In this document: in pieces, positions 35,847 through 47,681 of the stretch
How the letters are laid out: every line of letters starts with the position of its first letter
How positions within the stretch are numbered: position 1 is the stretch's first letter
Assembly: GCA_022868165.1 (NCBI GenBank)
Contig: JALHYA010000004.1
Location: 83,432-147,431 of the forward strand
Origin: Patescibacteria group bacterium
GTDB taxonomy: Bacteria; Patescibacteriota; Microgenomatia; UBA8517
Reading direction: 5' to 3'
DNA: 64,000 nt
The notes under the pieces: model-generated
What the model saw: only the letters and a program-made list of their open reading frames with translations
What the model was told of the DNA's origin: nothing
Database searches by the model: none
Made by a program: the position numbers and the translations under genes

Positions 35847-38800
35847 ATGAGCCAACCAAAAAGAATAAATTTTGGAAAAGAAGAGAAAAATTTGCCGGAG
35901 CTGGACCTAAGCTTCGTTCAAAGGCAATCATGGGAATGGTTTCTAACAGAAGGCATTGCCCAGGAACTTACGGAAATTTCTCCAATTGATGACTTCACAG
36001 GTAAAAACTGGCAGCTTATATTAGGTAAGCATGTATTGGGCGAGCCGACAATTTCTCCAAGAGTTGCCCAAGTAAAAGGAATAAATTATTCTTCCCCTCT
36101 TAAAATTGATGCAACACTTATCAACAAAAAGACAGGCAAGGAAGTAACGCAGGAGGTATTCTTGGGAGACCTTCCTCAGATGACTTCGCAAGGAACTTTT
36201 GTCATAAACGGAATCGAAAGATCGGTTATTAATCAGATTGTAAGAAGTCCGGGGGTTTATTTTTCCGGCGACTTGGACGCATCCTCGGGAAGAATGCTTT
36301 ACCATGCGGAAGTTAGACCCTTGCACGGTTCGTGGCTAGAATTCGAAGTTGCCAGAAACGATGTGATTTCGGCAAGAATTGATAGGCGAAGAAAAGTCTT
36401 GGCCACAATTCTTTTGCGTGCAATGGGGGTAGAAAGTGACACCGAAATTTTGGAATATTTCAATGACGTCGATAAAAACCCAACCCATAAATACGTTAAA
36501 GCCACACTGGAAAAGGATTCTACAAAAACAAGAGACGAAGCTCTTTTGGAAATTTACAGAAAAATGAGGCCTGGGGAGCCGGCAATTTTGGAGAATGCCG
36601 AAGCCCTTTTTGCCAGCCTTTTCTTGGAGCCCAGAAGATACGACTTGGGTAAGGTGGGAAGGTTCAAGATAAATAAAAGACTGGGTCTTACAATCCCCAA
36701 CGAAAAAGCGACATGGATACTTACAAGGCAGGATGTGTTGGGAACAATTGCTTATCTCATCGGATTGCAAAACGGTCAGGGCAGGGTTGACGATATCGAC
36801 CATTTGGCAAATAGACGCCTCAGAAGGGTTGGGGAGTTGGTTGCCACAAATGCATTTAGAGTTGGCCTTTTAAGACTCGAACGCTCGGTAAAGGAAAAAA
36901 TGAGTCTTATTTCACCGGACGATAAACCCCTTCCGGCAAACCTTATCAATGCCAGACCCTTGATTGCCGCGTTGAATGAATTTTTCAGAAGCAATCAGCT
37001 ATCCACAATCTTGGATAACACCAATCCTTTAAGCGAAATAGACAACCTTAGGCGTGTTTCTGTCTTGGGACCGGGCGGAATTAATAGAGAAAGGGCATCT
37101 TTTTCTATCCGCGACGTAAATTCTTCCCAATACGGAAGAATAGATCCGGTTAGGAGCCCCGAGGGACCGAATATCGGACTGGTTACCTATCTCGCATTGT
37201 ATGCAAGGGTCAACGAGTTCGGATTTTTGGAGACTCCTTATAGAAAAATCGAGAAAGTCAAAAGAGGAAGCAAAACTCTGGTTCGTATTACGGATGAGGT
37301 TGTATATCTTACCGCCGACGACGAAGAAGAGTATCACGTCACCCATTCGGGGGTGGGAATTGATAAAAACGGTTACATAACCGACGAAAGAGTTCCTTAT
37401 AGATATAGGGGAGCTTTCTTGGAAGGGGCGGCCCAACTGGTTGATTTTGTCGATGTTACCCCCAGACAGGTAGTCGGGGCCTCGGCATCTCTTATTCCGT
37501 TTTTGGCGCACGACGAGGGAAACCGGGCGCTCATGGGTTCGAACATGCAATGTCAGGCAGTTCCTTTGGTTGTCCCCGAGTCTCCGGTGGTTGGAACCGG
37601 AATGGAAGAAAAGATTGCCGAGGGAATGGGTAGAGTGATTAAAGCAAAACACGCAGGAACGGTTTTGTATGCGGATGCGGAAAGAATTGAGGTAAAACTT
37701 GACAAAAAAGTAGCGGAAACTTCCATTGCCGAAGATGTCGAGCTGGCAGATGGTGGCAAAAGAGAAATATATTATTTGACTAAGTTCAAAAGAACAGCCC
37801 ATTCAACCTGTTACAACCAAAGGGCAATGGTGGAAGCGGGTCAGAAGGTAAAAGAGGGAGACCTTTTGGCAGATGGTCCTGCAATTGACGGCGGAGAATT
37901 GGCTTTGGGAAGGAATTTGGTCGTCGCATATGCTTCTTTTGAAGGATACGGTTTTGAAGATGCGATTTTAGTTTCGGAAAAATTGGTAACAAACGACCTT
38001 CTTACATCAATCCACATAGAAGAGTACGAAGCCGACGTTGTTGATACTAAACTCGGTCCGGAAGAGCTAACCCGTGATATTCCCAATGTTGCCGAGACAG
38101 AGCTTGCAAATTTGGCGGAAGACGGAATTGTAGTAATTGGGGCCAAAGTTGGCCCGAATGATATTTTGGTGGGTAAAATCGCTCCAAAGGGAGAAACGGA
38201 GCTCACGGCAGAGGAAAGGCTTCTCCGCGCAATTTTTGGAGAAAAGGCCAGGGAGGTTCGGGATACGTCCCTAAGAGTTCCCCACGGAGAGAAAGGAATT
38301 GTGGTAGATGTTCAGATTTTGGATAAAGACAAGGGAGATGAACTTGGACCCGGGGTTATCAAGAAAGTCATTGTCAGGGTTGCACAGATGAGAAAAGTGA
38401 TGGTTGGAGACAAAGTAGCCGGACGCCACGGAAATAAAGGAGTTATTGCCAAGATTTTACCGGTAGCCGACATGCCTTATTTGGCCGATGGCACCCCAGT
38501 TGATATTATTATTTCCCCGCTTTCGGTTCTTTCCCGTATGAACTTGGGACAGCTTTTGGAAACTCACTTGGGCTGGGCGCTTTCCAAAAAGGCTGTCAAA
38601 GCCGCTCTTCCCGTATTTGACAAGATTAGTGAGGATGCAATTTCCAACGAACTTAAAGCTGCGGGTCTTCCCTTAACCGGGAAATCAAGACTCTATGACG
38701 GGAGAACCGGCCAGCCGTTTAAGGAAGACACGGTTGTTGGTATCGGCTACATAATGAAGCTTATCCACATGGTTGAGGACAAAACCCACGCGCGTTCAAC

Positions 38801-39224
38801 CGGACCGTATTCTTTGGTCACACAACAGCCTTTGGGAGGTAAAGCACAGATGGGAGGTCAACGTCTCGGAGAGATGGAGGTTTGGGGGCTTGAGGCACAT
38901 CGCGCCGCATACACTCTGCAGGAAATGCTGACTATAAAATCCGACGATATCCTGGGACGTGCCCGCGCATTCGAAGCAATCGTTAAGGGTGTTGATATTC
39001 CCGAAGCCACAGTTCCGGAATCGTTCAAAGTTTTAGTCAGAGAGCTAAATTCCCTAGGGCTTTCTATAGAAGCCAGGGGAGCAGTTGTTGTCAAAGAGAC
39101 CGAAGAGGGCGAAAAGACGGAAGAAGAAGCAAAAGAAATTGCAAAAGCGGCCGGCGCAAAATTGGTTGCAACTGAGGAGCTACTTAAACCCGAAGGGCCT
39201 ATGGAAGTGGAGGAACAAGCCTAA
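35847..39224 (+). CDS. rpoB: DNA-directed RNA polymerase subunit beta
   Basis: 1125 aa. Conserved blocks ...GPGGINRERA... and ...MVGDKVAGRHGNKGVI.... Confidence 0.97.
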   Translation: MSQPKRINFGKEEKNLPELDLSFVQRQSWEWFLTEGIAQELTEISPIDDFTGKNWQLILGKHVLGEPTISPRVAQVKGINYSSPLKIDATLINKKTGKEVTQEVFLGDLPQMTSQGTFVINGIERSVINQIVRSPGVYFSGDLDASSGRMLYHAEVRPLHGSWLEFEVARNDVISARIDRRRKVLATILLRAMGVESDTEILEYFNDVDKNPTHKYVKATLEKDSTKTRDEALLEIYRKMRPGEPAILENAEALFASLFLEPRRYDLGKVGRFKINKRLGLTIPNEKATWILTRQDVLGTIAYLIGLQNGQGRVDDIDHLANRRLRRVGELVATNAFRVGLLRLERSVKEKMSLISPDDKPLPANLINARPLIAALNEFFRSNQLSTILDNTNPLSEIDNLRRVSVLGPGGINRERASFSIRDVNSSQYGRIDPVRSPEGPNIGLVTYLALYARVNEFGFLETPYRKIEKVKRGSKTLVRITDEVVYLTADDEEEYHVTHSGVGIDKNGYITDERVPYRYRGAFLEGAAQLVDFVDVTPRQVVGASASLIPFLAHDEGNRALMGSNMQCQAVPLVVPESPVVGTGMEEKIAEGMGRVIKAKHAGTVLYADAERIEVKLDKKVAETSIAEDVELADGGKREIYYLTKFKRTAHSTCYNQRAMVEAGQKVKEGDLLADGPAIDGGELALGRNLVVAYASFEGYGFEDAILVSEKLVTNDLLTSIHIEEYEADVVDTKLGPEELTRDIPNVAETELANLAEDGIVVIGAKVGPNDILVGKIAPKGETELTAEERLLRAIFGEKAREVRDTSLRVPHGEKGIVVDVQILDKDKGDELGPGVIKKVIVRVAQMRKVMVGDKVAGRHGNKGVIAKILPVADMPYLADGTPVDIIISPLSVLSRMNLGQLLETHLGWALSKKAVKAALPVFDKISEDAISNELKAAGLPLTGKSRLYDGRTGQPFKEDTVVGIGYIMKLIHMVEDKTHARSTGPYSLVTQQPLGGKAQMGGQRLGEMEVWGLEAHRAAYTLQEMLTIKSDDILGRARAFEAIVKGVDIPEATVPESFKVLVRELNSLGLSIEARGAVVVKETEEGEKTEEEAKEIAKAAGAKLVATEELLKPEGPMEVEEQA

Positions 39225-39226
39225 AA

Positions 39227-42200
39227 ATGGAACCGCTAACAGACCTTAAAACATTGGCAGATTTTAAGAGTTTAATTATTAAACTTGCGTCTCCCGAAGA
39301 CATTAGGAAGTGGTCGCGTGGGGAAGTCACAAAACCCGAAACAATCAACTATCGCACCCTCAAGCCGGAAAAAGATGGCCTTTTTGACGAAAGAATCTTC
39401 GGTCCCACAAAAGACTGGGAATGTTACTGCGGAAAGTACAAAAGAATCAGGTACAAGGGAGTAGTCTGCGACAAGTGCGGCGTTGAAGTTACACAGTCCA
39501 GAGTCAGACGCGAGCGTATGGGCCATATTACATTGGCAACCCCGGTTATCCACGTTTGGTTTTTCAAAGGCGCGCCCAGCAAGATTTCGCTTCTTTTGGG
39601 TATTCCTCCCAGAGCTATAGAGCAGGTTATCTACTTTGCCAGATATTTGGTTAGCGAAGTTGACGAAAAGGGCAGAAAAGAAGCCATCAAGGTTCTCGAA
39701 AGGGTAAAAGCGGAACGCGAGAAAGAGGTTTCGGACGGATTTACCGAAAGAAAAGACCAGCTCAAACTTGAGGCGAAGGAAGCTAAAGATAAGATTCAAA
39801 ACAAAATTAAAGACAAAGAGCAGCTTTCTTTGGCACTTTCAGAGATTGACCTGGATCTTAGGAAGAAAGAGACGGGATTGGGCGAAGAAGAAAAAGGCAC
39901 AACAGAAAAAACGGGTCAGCTTTTCGAAAACTTACTCACAATAGTTAGATCGGTTAAGCCCTTGAGTGTTCTTACCGAGGAAGAATACGACGAAATGGCC
40001 AACCATGGGGCGGCAGAGTTCATGACGGTAAAAATGGGTGCCGATGCAGTTCTTTCGGCTATAGAGAAAGTTAATCTGGAAGAGCTGGCCGCGGGATTGA
40101 GAAAAGAACTCGATGAAGCCAAAGGTTCTTCGGCCAGATATATTAAACTTGCAAAAAGATTGAAGCTTATCGACGGATTAAAAAGAGCAAAGGTTGAAGC
40201 CACATGGATGGTACTGAGGGTTCTTCCGGTTCTTCCTCCGGACTTAAGGCCGATGGTTCAACTTTCTGGGGGCCGTTTTGCCACAAGCGACTTAAACGAC
40301 CTTTATAGAAGAGTCATAAATAGAAACAACCGTTTGAAGCACTTAATTTCTCTTGGTGCACCGGAGATAATTTTACGAAACGAAAAAAGAATGCTTCAGG
40401 AAGCGGTGGATTCTTTGATTGATGCGTCCCAGCGCAAAGCTACGAGAAAAGGAAGAGGAAAACAGGTATTGCGCTCTCTTTCCGATATGCTCAGAGGCAA
40501 GCAAGGACGATTTAGACAAAATCTTTTGGGGAAAAGGGTCGATTATTCGGGAAGAAGCGTAATTATAGTTGGACCGGAGCTTAAGCTTACCCAGTGCGGA
40601 CTTCCTAAAGAAATGGCCCTGGAGATGTTCAAGCCTTTTGTCTTAAGGGAGATGATTATCAAGGGAATTGCCCCGAACGTCAAAAGTGCCAAAAACATGC
40701 TTGAAAGAAGGCCGCCTGAGGTTTTTGATATTTTGGAAGAGATTACAATAAACCATCCTGTTCTTCTTAATCGTGCTCCTACTTTGCACAAACTTTCAAT
40801 TCAGGCATTTTATCCGGTACTTATCGAAGGAAACGCTATTCGTATTCATCCTGCAATCTGTTCGGGATTCAACGCCGACTTCGACGGAGACCAGATGGCT
40901 GTTCATGTCCCGCTTTCCTCAAGGGCAATAGAGGAAGCTAAAAACTTAATGCTTCCGTCGAACAATTTGCTTAGACCGTCGGACGGCTCTCCGGTTGCCA
41001 CCCCGGCATCTAAAGAAATGGCCCTCGGTGTTTATTATTTGACCAGCGACGACCCAAGGCTTAAACCTTTTGAGACTATTTTTTCGGATATAGACGAAGC
41101 AATTTTTGCCTATCAGGCAGGTAAAATTGAGCTTAGGCAGAAAATCTTTGTAAGAATCGGCAAGGAAATGGTCGAAACAACCGTAGGGAGAATTTTCTTC
41201 AACGAGATTTTGCCAGAAGATTTCGGTTATGTGAACGAGGCAGTTACCTCTACGGTTATCAAAAAACTCTTTACTCAAGCTTATCGGATTGTCGACAAAG
41301 ATAGAATTGTGCAAATGGTTGACGACATCAAGGACTTGGGCTTTAGGGGCGGAACCCTTTCCGGTATTTCCTTCGGAATTTTTGATGCACAAATTTTGCC
41401 CGAAAAAAAGGCACTTCTTGATGAGGCGGAGGCAAGAATTACCGAGATTGAAAGCACTTTCTCACAAGGTCTTATCACTGCGGAAGAGAAAAAGAGATTG
41501 TCGCAGGAAGTTTGGATAGAAGTTTCCGAGGATTTGGCGGATAAAACTTGGGAAGCCTTTGACGCGACAAATCCGATTAAGGTTGTTATTGATGCCAAAG
41601 TCGGTCGGGCATCTCGCGACCAAGTTAAGCAGTTGGCCGCTATCAGAGGTCTTGTTGTAGATCCTCTAGGAAAAATTGTGGAGCTTCCTATCAAATCCAA
41701 CTTTAGGGAAGGCCTTTCGGTTTTTGAATATGTCACCTCCTCCAGAGGTTCCAGAAAGGGTCTAACCGATACCGCTATTAAGACCGCAGATGCCGGTTAC
41801 TTGACCAGAAGATTGGTTGATGTAGCCCACGACGTAATTGTCAGAATGGAAGATTGCGGAACCAAAGACTTTATAACAATAAGTAAGGGTTCAAGACCCA
41901 ATATATTTACCCAGAGAATTTTTGGAAGGATAGCGGCTAAGGATATATCTGCTCCAAAAGGCGGTAAAATCATTGTTGGAAAGGGAGATATTATTACGGA
42001 AGCCAATGCGGCAGAAATCGATGCGGCCGGCATTACGGCCGTTGAAATTCGTTCTCCTCTTGCCTGTGCGGCGAGATACGGAATTTGTGCAAAATGCTAC
42101 GGTTGGGACCTATCAACCAAAGATATGGTTCAGTTGGGTTCTCCGATGGGAGTTGTCGCAGCCCAATCGATTGGTGAGCCGGGAACTCAGCTGACTCTTA

Positions 42201-42958
42201 AGACCAAACACGCCGCAGGAATTGTGGGGCTTGATGTTACTCAGGGCTTGCCTAGGGTTGAGGAACTGTTTGAAGCACGAGTTCCGAAAGTTCTTTCCCC
42301 TCTTTCCGAAATTGCGGGTAGGGTAAGGGTTGTTGAAACCGATGAAGGTTGGAAGGTGACGGTTACTTCGGTCGGCTCCAAAGTCAAAGAGGAAAGAGAA
42401 TATCTGATTCCGAAAACCATCAAGCTCGCCGTTGAGGATAAACAACTTATTGATGCCGGAATGCAGCTTGCACAAGGCGCATTGGATATTAAGGAAATTC
42501 TTTCCATAAGAGGCTTGAAGCAGGCACAAGAATATTTGGTTAATGAGATCCAGAAAGTTTATGAATCACAAGGCATTCCCATAAACGATAAACACTTCGA
42601 GGTGATGGTCAGAAAGATGAGCGACGAAGTTAAAATTATAACTCCGGGAGATACGCCCTTCCTTCCGGGCGATATTGTCGATAAATCTACATTTGATGAA
42701 GAAAACGAGAAGGTTTTGGCAGCCGGAGGCGAACCCTCAAGTGCTCAACAGGTAATCTTGGGAATAACAAGAAGGGCACTAAGAACCGAAAGCTGGCTTT
42801 CTGCAGCTTCATTCGAACAGACTACGGACGTATTAACTGAAGCCGCCTTGTACGGAAAAGAGGATAAATTGATAGGACTCAAGGAGAATGTTATTATAGG
42901 ACGCCTTATCCCGGTAACCGCCGAGAGGGCAGCAATGTTGCAGGAGGTAAGCAAATAA
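39227..42958 (+). CDS. rpoC: DNA-directed RNA polymerase subunit beta'
   Basis: 1243 aa. Zn-finger [23 protein letters not shown]; catalytic [16 protein letters not shown]. Confidence 0.97.
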   Translation: MEPLTDLKTLADFKSLIIKLASPEDIRKWSRGEVTKPETINYRTLKPEKDGLFDERIFGPTKDWECYCGKYKRIRYKGVVCDKCGVEVTQSRVRRERMGHITLATPVIHVWFFKGAPSKISLLLGIPPRAIEQVIYFARYLVSEVDEKGRKEAIKVLERVKAEREKEVSDGFTERKDQLKLEAKEAKDKIQNKIKDKEQLSLALSEIDLDLRKKETGLGEEEKGTTEKTGQLFENLLTIVRSVKPLSVLTEEEYDEMANHGAAEFMTVKMGADAVLSAIEKVNLEELAAGLRKELDEAKGSSARYIKLAKRLKLIDGLKRAKVEATWMVLRVLPVLPPDLRPMVQLSGGRFATSDLNDLYRRVINRNNRLKHLISLGAPEIILRNEKRMLQEAVDSLIDASQRKATRKGRGKQVLRSLSDMLRGKQGRFRQNLLGKRVDYSGRSVIIVGPELKLTQCGLPKEMALEMFKPFVLREMIIKGIAPNVKSAKNMLERRPPEVFDILEEITINHPVLLNRAPTLHKLSIQAFYPVLIEGNAIRIHPAICSGFNADFDGDQMAVHVPLSSRAIEEAKNLMLPSNNLLRPSDGSPVATPASKEMALGVYYLTSDDPRLKPFETIFSDIDEAIFAYQAGKIELRQKIFVRIGKEMVETTVGRIFFNEILPEDFGYVNEAVTSTVIKKLFTQAYRIVDKDRIVQMVDDIKDLGFRGGTLSGISFGIFDAQILPEKKALLDEAEARITEIESTFSQGLITAEEKKRLSQEVWIEVSEDLADKTWEAFDATNPIKVVIDAKVGRASRDQVKQLAAIRGLVVDPLGKIVELPIKSNFREGLSVFEYVTSSRGSRKGLTDTAIKTADAGYLTRRLVDVAHDVIVRMEDCGTKDFITISKGSRPNIFTQRIFGRIAAKDISAPKGGKIIVGKGDIITEANAAEIDAAGITAVEIRSPLACAARYGICAKCYGWDLSTKDMVQLGSPMGVVAAQSIGEPGTQLTLKTKHAAGIVGLDVTQGLPRVEELFEARVPKVLSPLSEIAGRVRVVETDEGWKVTVTSVGSKVKEEREYLIPKTIKLAVEDKQLIDAGMQLAQGALDIKEILSIRGLKQAQEYLVNEIQKVYESQGIPINDKHFEVMVRKMSDEVKIITPGDTPFLPGDIVDKSTFDEENEKVLAAGGEPSSAQQVILGITRRALRTESWLSAASFEQTTDVLTEAALYGKEDKLIGLKENVIIGRLIPVTAERAAMLQEVSK

Positions 42959-43422
42959 TGCCTACAGTTTCTCAACTGGTTAGAAAAGGAAGAAAAAGAA
43001 TTACCAAGAAAACCAAAACTACGGCTCTTAGGCGCTGGTTTAGTGCCAAAGACCGAAAGTTTTCTGAATCGGCCTCTCCATTCAAAAGAGGTGTTGTCTT
43101 GGCGGTAAGAACTATGACTCCCAAAAAACCGAATTCGGCTCTAAGAAAAGTAGCCAGGGTAAGATTTTCAAATAAACAGGAAGTTACCGCATACATTCCC
43201 GGCGAAGGCCATGAACTTGCGGAGCATTCGATAGTTTTGGTCCGCGGAGGAAGGGTCAAGGACCTTCCGGGAGTAAAGTATCATGTAGTCCGAGGGAAGT
43301 ACGACACAACCGGAGTTGTCGGAAGGCAATCGGCAAGAAGTAGGTACGGAGCAAAGAAAGCCATGCCTGCCGGCAGGCAGGGAGGAGCGGCTCCAAAGGA
43401 AGCTAAGGAGGCAGCAGCTTAA
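42958..43422 (+). CDS. rpsL: 30S ribosomal protein S12 (uS12) with ~10-aa internal insertion and C-terminal extension
   Basis: [13 protein letters not shown]...[59 protein letters not shown].... Confidence 0.9.
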   Translation: MPTVSQLVRKGRKRITKKTKTTALRRWFSAKDRKFSESASPFKRGVVLAVRTMTPKKPNSALRKVARVRFSNKQEVTAYIPGEGHELAEHSIVLVRGGRVKDLPGVKYHVVRGKYDTTGVVGRQSARSRYGAKKAMPAGRQGGAAPKEAKEAAA

Positions 43423-43426
43423 TATT

Positions 43427-43906
43427 ATGGCAAGAAGAGGAGCCACAAGAATAAAATCGGTTGAGCCCGACCCTATTTACAAAAGCGAAGTTGTAACAAA
43501 GCTGGTAAACAGGTCTATGTTGGACGGGAAAAAAAGTGTTGCCCAAAAGGAAGTCTACAGGGCTTTTGAGGCAGTTAAAGAAAAAACTGGCGAAGATGCT
43601 CTTAGTGTGTTTGATCGGGCTTTGGAAAATATTAAACCCACAATGGAAGTTCGTCCCAGGCGTGTCGGAGGTGCCGCCTATCAGGTTCCGATGAGCGTTC
43701 GCGGTCCGAGGAGGGAGTCTTTGGGAATCAGGTGGATGATTATGGCAGCCCGCTCGCGTTCAAATTCCGAATATCATACATATGCCGAAAAATTGGCAGC
43801 AGAGATAATCGACGCTTCAAAAGGAGAGGGAGTTGCAGTCAAGAAACGCAAGGATATGGAAAGAGTGGCAGAAGCGAACAGAGCCTTTAGTCACTTCAGA
43901 TGGTAA
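43427..43906 (+). CDS. rpsG: 30S ribosomal protein S7
   Basis: MARRGATRIKSVEPDPIYKSEVVTKLVNRSMLDGKKSVAQKEVY.... The ORF-track start 43316 was trimmed. Confidence 0.9.
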   Translation: MARRGATRIKSVEPDPIYKSEVVTKLVNRSMLDGKKSVAQKEVYRAFEAVKEKTGEDALSVFDRALENIKPTMEVRPRRVGGAAYQVPMSVRGPRRESLGIRWMIMAARSRSNSEYHTYAEKLAAEIIDASKGEGVAVKKRKDMERVAEANRAFSHFRW

Positions 43907-43925
43907 TTTCCAGTTAAAATAAATT

Positions 43926-46088
43926 ATGGCAGAGCAAGCAAGGAAAAAAGCAGCTATGATTGTGACGGTTACCAAAGACCGCGATGTTCCATTGGAAAGA
44001 ATAAGAAATATCGGAATTATCGCCCATATCGACGCCGGCAAAACCACGACAACCGAGCGGATTCTTTTTGAGACAGGCAAGACATATAGGATAGGCTCGG
44101 TTGACGAAGGAACAACGGTTACAGACTGGATGGCGCAGGAGCGCGAGCGCGGAATTACTATCGTTTCCGCAGCCATCACTACCTTCTGGGACCTGAAAAA
44201 CAAATCTTCTGTCGAGCCAGGCCATTATCGAATAAATATCATTGACACTCCGGGACATATCGACTTTACCGCAGAGGTTGAGAGGAGCTTGAGAGTTTTG
44301 GACGGGGCGGTAATGGTTTTTGACGGTTGTACGGGAGTTGAATCCCAGTCCGAAACCGTTTGGCACCAGGCAGATAAATATAATGTTCCAAGAATTTGTG
44401 TTCTTAACAAGCTAAATCTTATTGGGGCGGATTTTGAGGGAAGCATCAAATCCATCCACGAGCGCCTTGGGGCAAATGCTAGCCCAGTGAATATTCCTAT
44501 TGGGGTTGAACATGCCCATAGAGGAGTAGTTGACCTTATCAAAATGAAAGCCTTTACTTATAAAGACATTTCCGACAATAAGCTTACCGAGGAAGAAATT
44601 CCGGCTGACTTGGTCGAAGAAGCTAAAAAATACAGGCACGAGCTTATAGAAAAAGTTGCTGAGTACGACGATGTCGCTCTTACAAAATATCTCGAAGGCC
44701 AAGAGCCAACAGAGGAAGAATTGAAAAGGGCAATAAGGGCCGGGGTTGTGGCCGGCAGGTTTTTCCCAATTTTTGGCGGGGACAACAGGACCGTGGAGGT
44801 TCAGATTCTTTTGGACGGCGTTGTGGAATATCTTCCTTCTCCTTTGGACTTGCCTGCAGTTATCGGAACTAATCCCAAAACAGGCGAGAAAGAAACCAGA
44901 GAAAGGAAAAACGAGGTCCCCTTTAGCGCCTTGGCATTTAAGGTTATGACCGATCCTCACGTTGGCCGTTTAGTCTACTTAAGAATTTACTCCGGCAAAC
45001 TTTCAACGGGCCAGGTTATTTATAATTCAACCTCCCAGAAGCAGGAAAGAATAGGAAAGTTGGTTCTTTTGCATGCTGACCAGAGGGAGCTTATCGAAAA
45101 CGCATTCGCCGGAGAAATAGTGGCTGCAGTCGGAATCAAAGATACCACAACCGGAGATACTCTTTGCGACCCGTCCAGTCCGATTCTTCTTGAGTCAATT
45201 TCTTTCCCGGAGCCCGTTATTTCTTTGGCCATTGAGCCGGCAACAAAGAGCGACCAGGAAAAAATGGGCATGGCTTTAGGTAAACTTTCCGACGAGGACC
45301 CGACCTTTAGAATTAAATCCAACCCCGAAACTGGACAAACAATAATTTCCGGAATGGGAGAGTTGCAGCTTGAGGTTCTTGTGGACAGAATGAAGCGCGA
45401 ATTCGGAGTTGTTGCCACAACCGGAGCCCCACAGGTTGCCTATAAGGAAACGGTTAAAAAAATTGGTCAGGGAGAAGGGAAGTATATTCGCCAAACTGGA
45501 GGAAGAGGGCAATATGGGCATTGTTTACTTCGGGTTGAGCCTCGCGGGCGCGGTGAAGGATTCGAATTTAAGAGCGAAATAAAAGGTGCTGCAATTCCTT
45601 CCGAATTTATTCCTGCTATCGAAAAGGGAGTCAAAGAGAAGATGGAGAACGGAATTATGGCGGGTTTCCCAATGGTCGATATATTGGTGGCGGTTTATGA
45701 CGGGAGCTTCCACGAAGTCGACTCCAGCGAAATAGCCTTCAAAATCGCCGGTTCTTTGGCGGTTGAAGAAGCGGCCAGAGCCGCCGAAATGATACTTTTG
45801 GAGCCCATTATGAAACTGGAAGTTTCCACCCCGGAAGAGTTTATGGGAGATGTCATCGGAGATTTATCCTCTAAGCGCGCCCAGATTCAGGGAACGGAGA
45901 AAAAGGGAAAAATGACGGTTATTTTGGCCCAGGCACCATTGGCCGAGCTTTCCGGGTACGCCACAAAGCTGCGTTCGATTTCTCAAGGAAGAGCCAGCTA
46001 TTATATGGAGCCTTCTCACTACGAAGAAGTTCCCAAAAATATTGCCGAGCAAATAGTTGCCAAGAGCGGGAAGCAACCTGCCTCTTGA
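43926..46088 (+). CDS. fusA: Elongation factor G
   Basis: G-domain [22 protein letters not shown]...[10 protein letters not shown]. 720 aa. Confidence 0.95.
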   Translation: MAEQARKKAAMIVTVTKDRDVPLERIRNIGIIAHIDAGKTTTTERILFETGKTYRIGSVDEGTTVTDWMAQERERGITIVSAAITTFWDLKNKSSVEPGHYRINIIDTPGHIDFTAEVERSLRVLDGAVMVFDGCTGVESQSETVWHQADKYNVPRICVLNKLNLIGADFEGSIKSIHERLGANASPVNIPIGVEHAHRGVVDLIKMKAFTYKDISDNKLTEEEIPADLVEEAKKYRHELIEKVAEYDDVALTKYLEGQEPTEEELKRAIRAGVVAGRFFPIFGGDNRTVEVQILLDGVVEYLPSPLDLPAVIGTNPKTGEKETRERKNEVPFSALAFKVMTDPHVGRLVYLRIYSGKLSTGQVIYNSTSQKQERIGKLVLLHADQRELIENAFAGEIVAAVGIKDTTTGDTLCDPSSPILLESISFPEPVISLAIEPATKSDQEKMGMALGKLSDEDPTFRIKSNPETGQTIISGMGELQLEVLVDRMKREFGVVATTGAPQVAYKETVKKIGQGEGKYIRQTGGRGQYGHCLLRVEPRGRGEGFEFKSEIKGAAIPSEFIPAIEKGVKEKMENGIMAGFPMVDILVAVYDGSFHEVDSSEIAFKIAGSLAVEEAARAAEMILLEPIMKLEVSTPEEFMGDVIGDLSSKRAQIQGTEKKGKMTVILAQAPLAELSGYATKLRSISQGRASYYMEPSHYEEVPKNIAEQIVAKSGKQPAS

Positions 46089-46114
46089 CAGGCTTATTTA
46101 GCCTCGATTATAAT
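46085..46114 (+). promoter_or_regulatory. Candidate promoter for tuf (TTGACA-N18-TATAAT) overlapping the fusA stop codon
   Basis: TTGACA 46085-46090, TATAAT 46109-46114. Confidence 0.4.
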
Positions 46115-46123
46115 ACGAGTTAG

Positions 46124-46150
46124 TAAGGGCTTCTATGCCCTTATTTATTT
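46124..46150 (+). promoter_or_regulatory. Hairpin TAAGGGC-TTCTAT-GCCCTTA followed by UUUAUUU, 12 nt upstream of the tuf ATG
   Basis: Seen in sequence. A perfect 7-bp stem and a T-run; intrinsic-terminator-like element located in the tuf leader. Confidence 0.45.
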
Positions 46151-46162
46151 CGGAAACTTAAA

Positions 46163-47362
46163 ATGGCAGGTGAAGCAAAACAAAAATACGTTAGATCTAA
46201 GCCGCACGTAAACGTTGGAACCATCGGTCATGTTGACCATGGTAAAACCACTTTGACAGCGGCTATTACCTCTGTTTTATCCAAACAGCCCGGCAATCCT
46301 ACAAAAGCCCTTAAATTTGACGAAATTGATAATGCTCCAGAGGAAAAGGAAAGAGGAGTTACTATCAATATTTCCCACATAGAGTACGAAACAGACAAGC
46401 GCCACTATGCTCATATTGACGCTCCGGGACACGCCGATTACATAAAAAACATGATTACCGGTGCGGCACAGATGGACGGAGCAATATTGGTTATCTCCGC
46501 AGCCGATGGTCCAATGCCTCAAACCCGCGAGCATGTTATTTTGGCCAGACAAGTCAATGTTCCCGCAATCGTGGTTTTCTTAAACAAGGTTGATACGGTT
46601 GATGACCCCGAAATTATTGATTTGGTTGAAGCTGATGTTCGTGATCTTCTTAAGAAATACGAATATCCCGGAGATGAAGTTCCGATAATCAAAGGAAGTG
46701 CTCTTAAAGCCTTGGAGGGCGATGCTGAAGCCGAAAAGCAAATTTTGGAGCTTATGAAAGCAGTAGACGAATACATTCCGGAACCTAAACGCGATGTTGA
46801 TAAGCCCTTCCTGATGCCTATAGAGGATATTTTTGCAATCAAGGGTCGCGGAACGGTTGTTACCGGCCGCGTAGAACGCGGTAAATTAAAGGTTAACGAG
46901 GAAGTTGAAATCGTCGGACTTAGGGAAACCAAAAAAACGGTTGCAACCGGGCTTGAAATGTTCAGAAAAACTTTGGACGAAACTCAGGCAGGAGACAATG
47001 TAGGAGTTCTTTTGAGGGGAATTGAAAAAGACGATGTTGAGCGCGGACAGGTTTTGGCAAAGCCGGGCACAGTTACTCCTCATACGGAATTCGAAGCCGA
47101 AGTTTATATTCTTTCTAAAGAGGAAGGTGGAAGGCATACACCGTTCTTTACCGGATACAAACCGCAATTTTATGTAAGAACAGCCGATATTACCGGAGAA
47201 GTTAAGCTTCCGGAGGGAATTGAAATGGTTATGCCTGGAGACAACGCCAAAATGCACATCAAACTCATTCAGCCCGTATCTATGGAGGAAGGTTGGAGAT
47301 TTGCTATTCGTGAGGGCGGACAAACCGTTGGAGCCGGCGCCATCACAAAGATAGTTGCGTAA
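46163..47362 (+). CDS. tuf: Elongation factor Tu
   Basis: ...[21 protein letters not shown]...[25 protein letters not shown].... Confidence 0.97.
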   Translation: MAGEAKQKYVRSKPHVNVGTIGHVDHGKTTLTAAITSVLSKQPGNPTKALKFDEIDNAPEEKERGVTINISHIEYETDKRHYAHIDAPGHADYIKNMITGAAQMDGAILVISAADGPMPQTREHVILARQVNVPAIVVFLNKVDTVDDPEIIDLVEADVRDLLKKYEYPGDEVPIIKGSALKALEGDAEAEKQILELMKAVDEYIPEPKRDVDKPFLMPIEDIFAIKGRGTVVTGRVERGKLKVNEEVEIVGLRETKKTVATGLEMFRKTLDETQAGDNVGVLLRGIEKDDVERGQVLAKPGTVTPHTEFEAEVYILSKEEGGRHTPFFTGYKPQFYVRTADITGEVKLPEGIEMVMPGDNAKMHIKLIQPVSMEEGWRFAIREGGQTVGAGAITKIVA

Positions 47363-47372
47363 AGCACATTAA

Positions 47373-47681
47373 ATGCCTACTGGTAGACTTCGCGTCAAGC
47401 TTAAAAGCTACGACCACCGCGTCATTGACGAAGCGGCTCTGAAGATATTGGATTCAGTTTTGGCTACCGGGGCAAAGATTATTGGTCCGACCCCTCTTCC
47501 TACCAAAAGAACTCTCATGGCTGTCAAAGAATCTCCTTTTACGGATAAAGATGCCCAGGAACATTACGAAATATTGGTCCACAAGCGCCTGATTGACATT
47601 CTGGACCCTTCCGAACGCACAATCGACGCCCTTAGCAATCTCGACCTCCCTGCGGGGGTGTCAATCGAGATAAAGATGTAA
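47373..47681 (+). CDS. rpsJ: 30S ribosomal protein S10
   Basis: ...RLRVKLKSYDHRVIDEAALKILDSVLATGAKIIGPTPLPTKR...HYEILVHKRLIDIL.... Confidence 0.9.
   Translation: MPTGRLRVKLKSYDHRVIDEAALKILDSVLATGAKIIGPTPLPTKRTLMAVKESPFTDKDAQEHYEILVHKRLIDILDPSERTIDALSNLDLPAGVSIEIKM

Noticed and set aside
38761-38769. Perfect DnaA-box consensus TTATCCACA
   Set aside because: A single copy inside the rpoB coding region. No cluster of boxes, no AT-rich DUE and no dnaA gene nearby, so it is not an origin.
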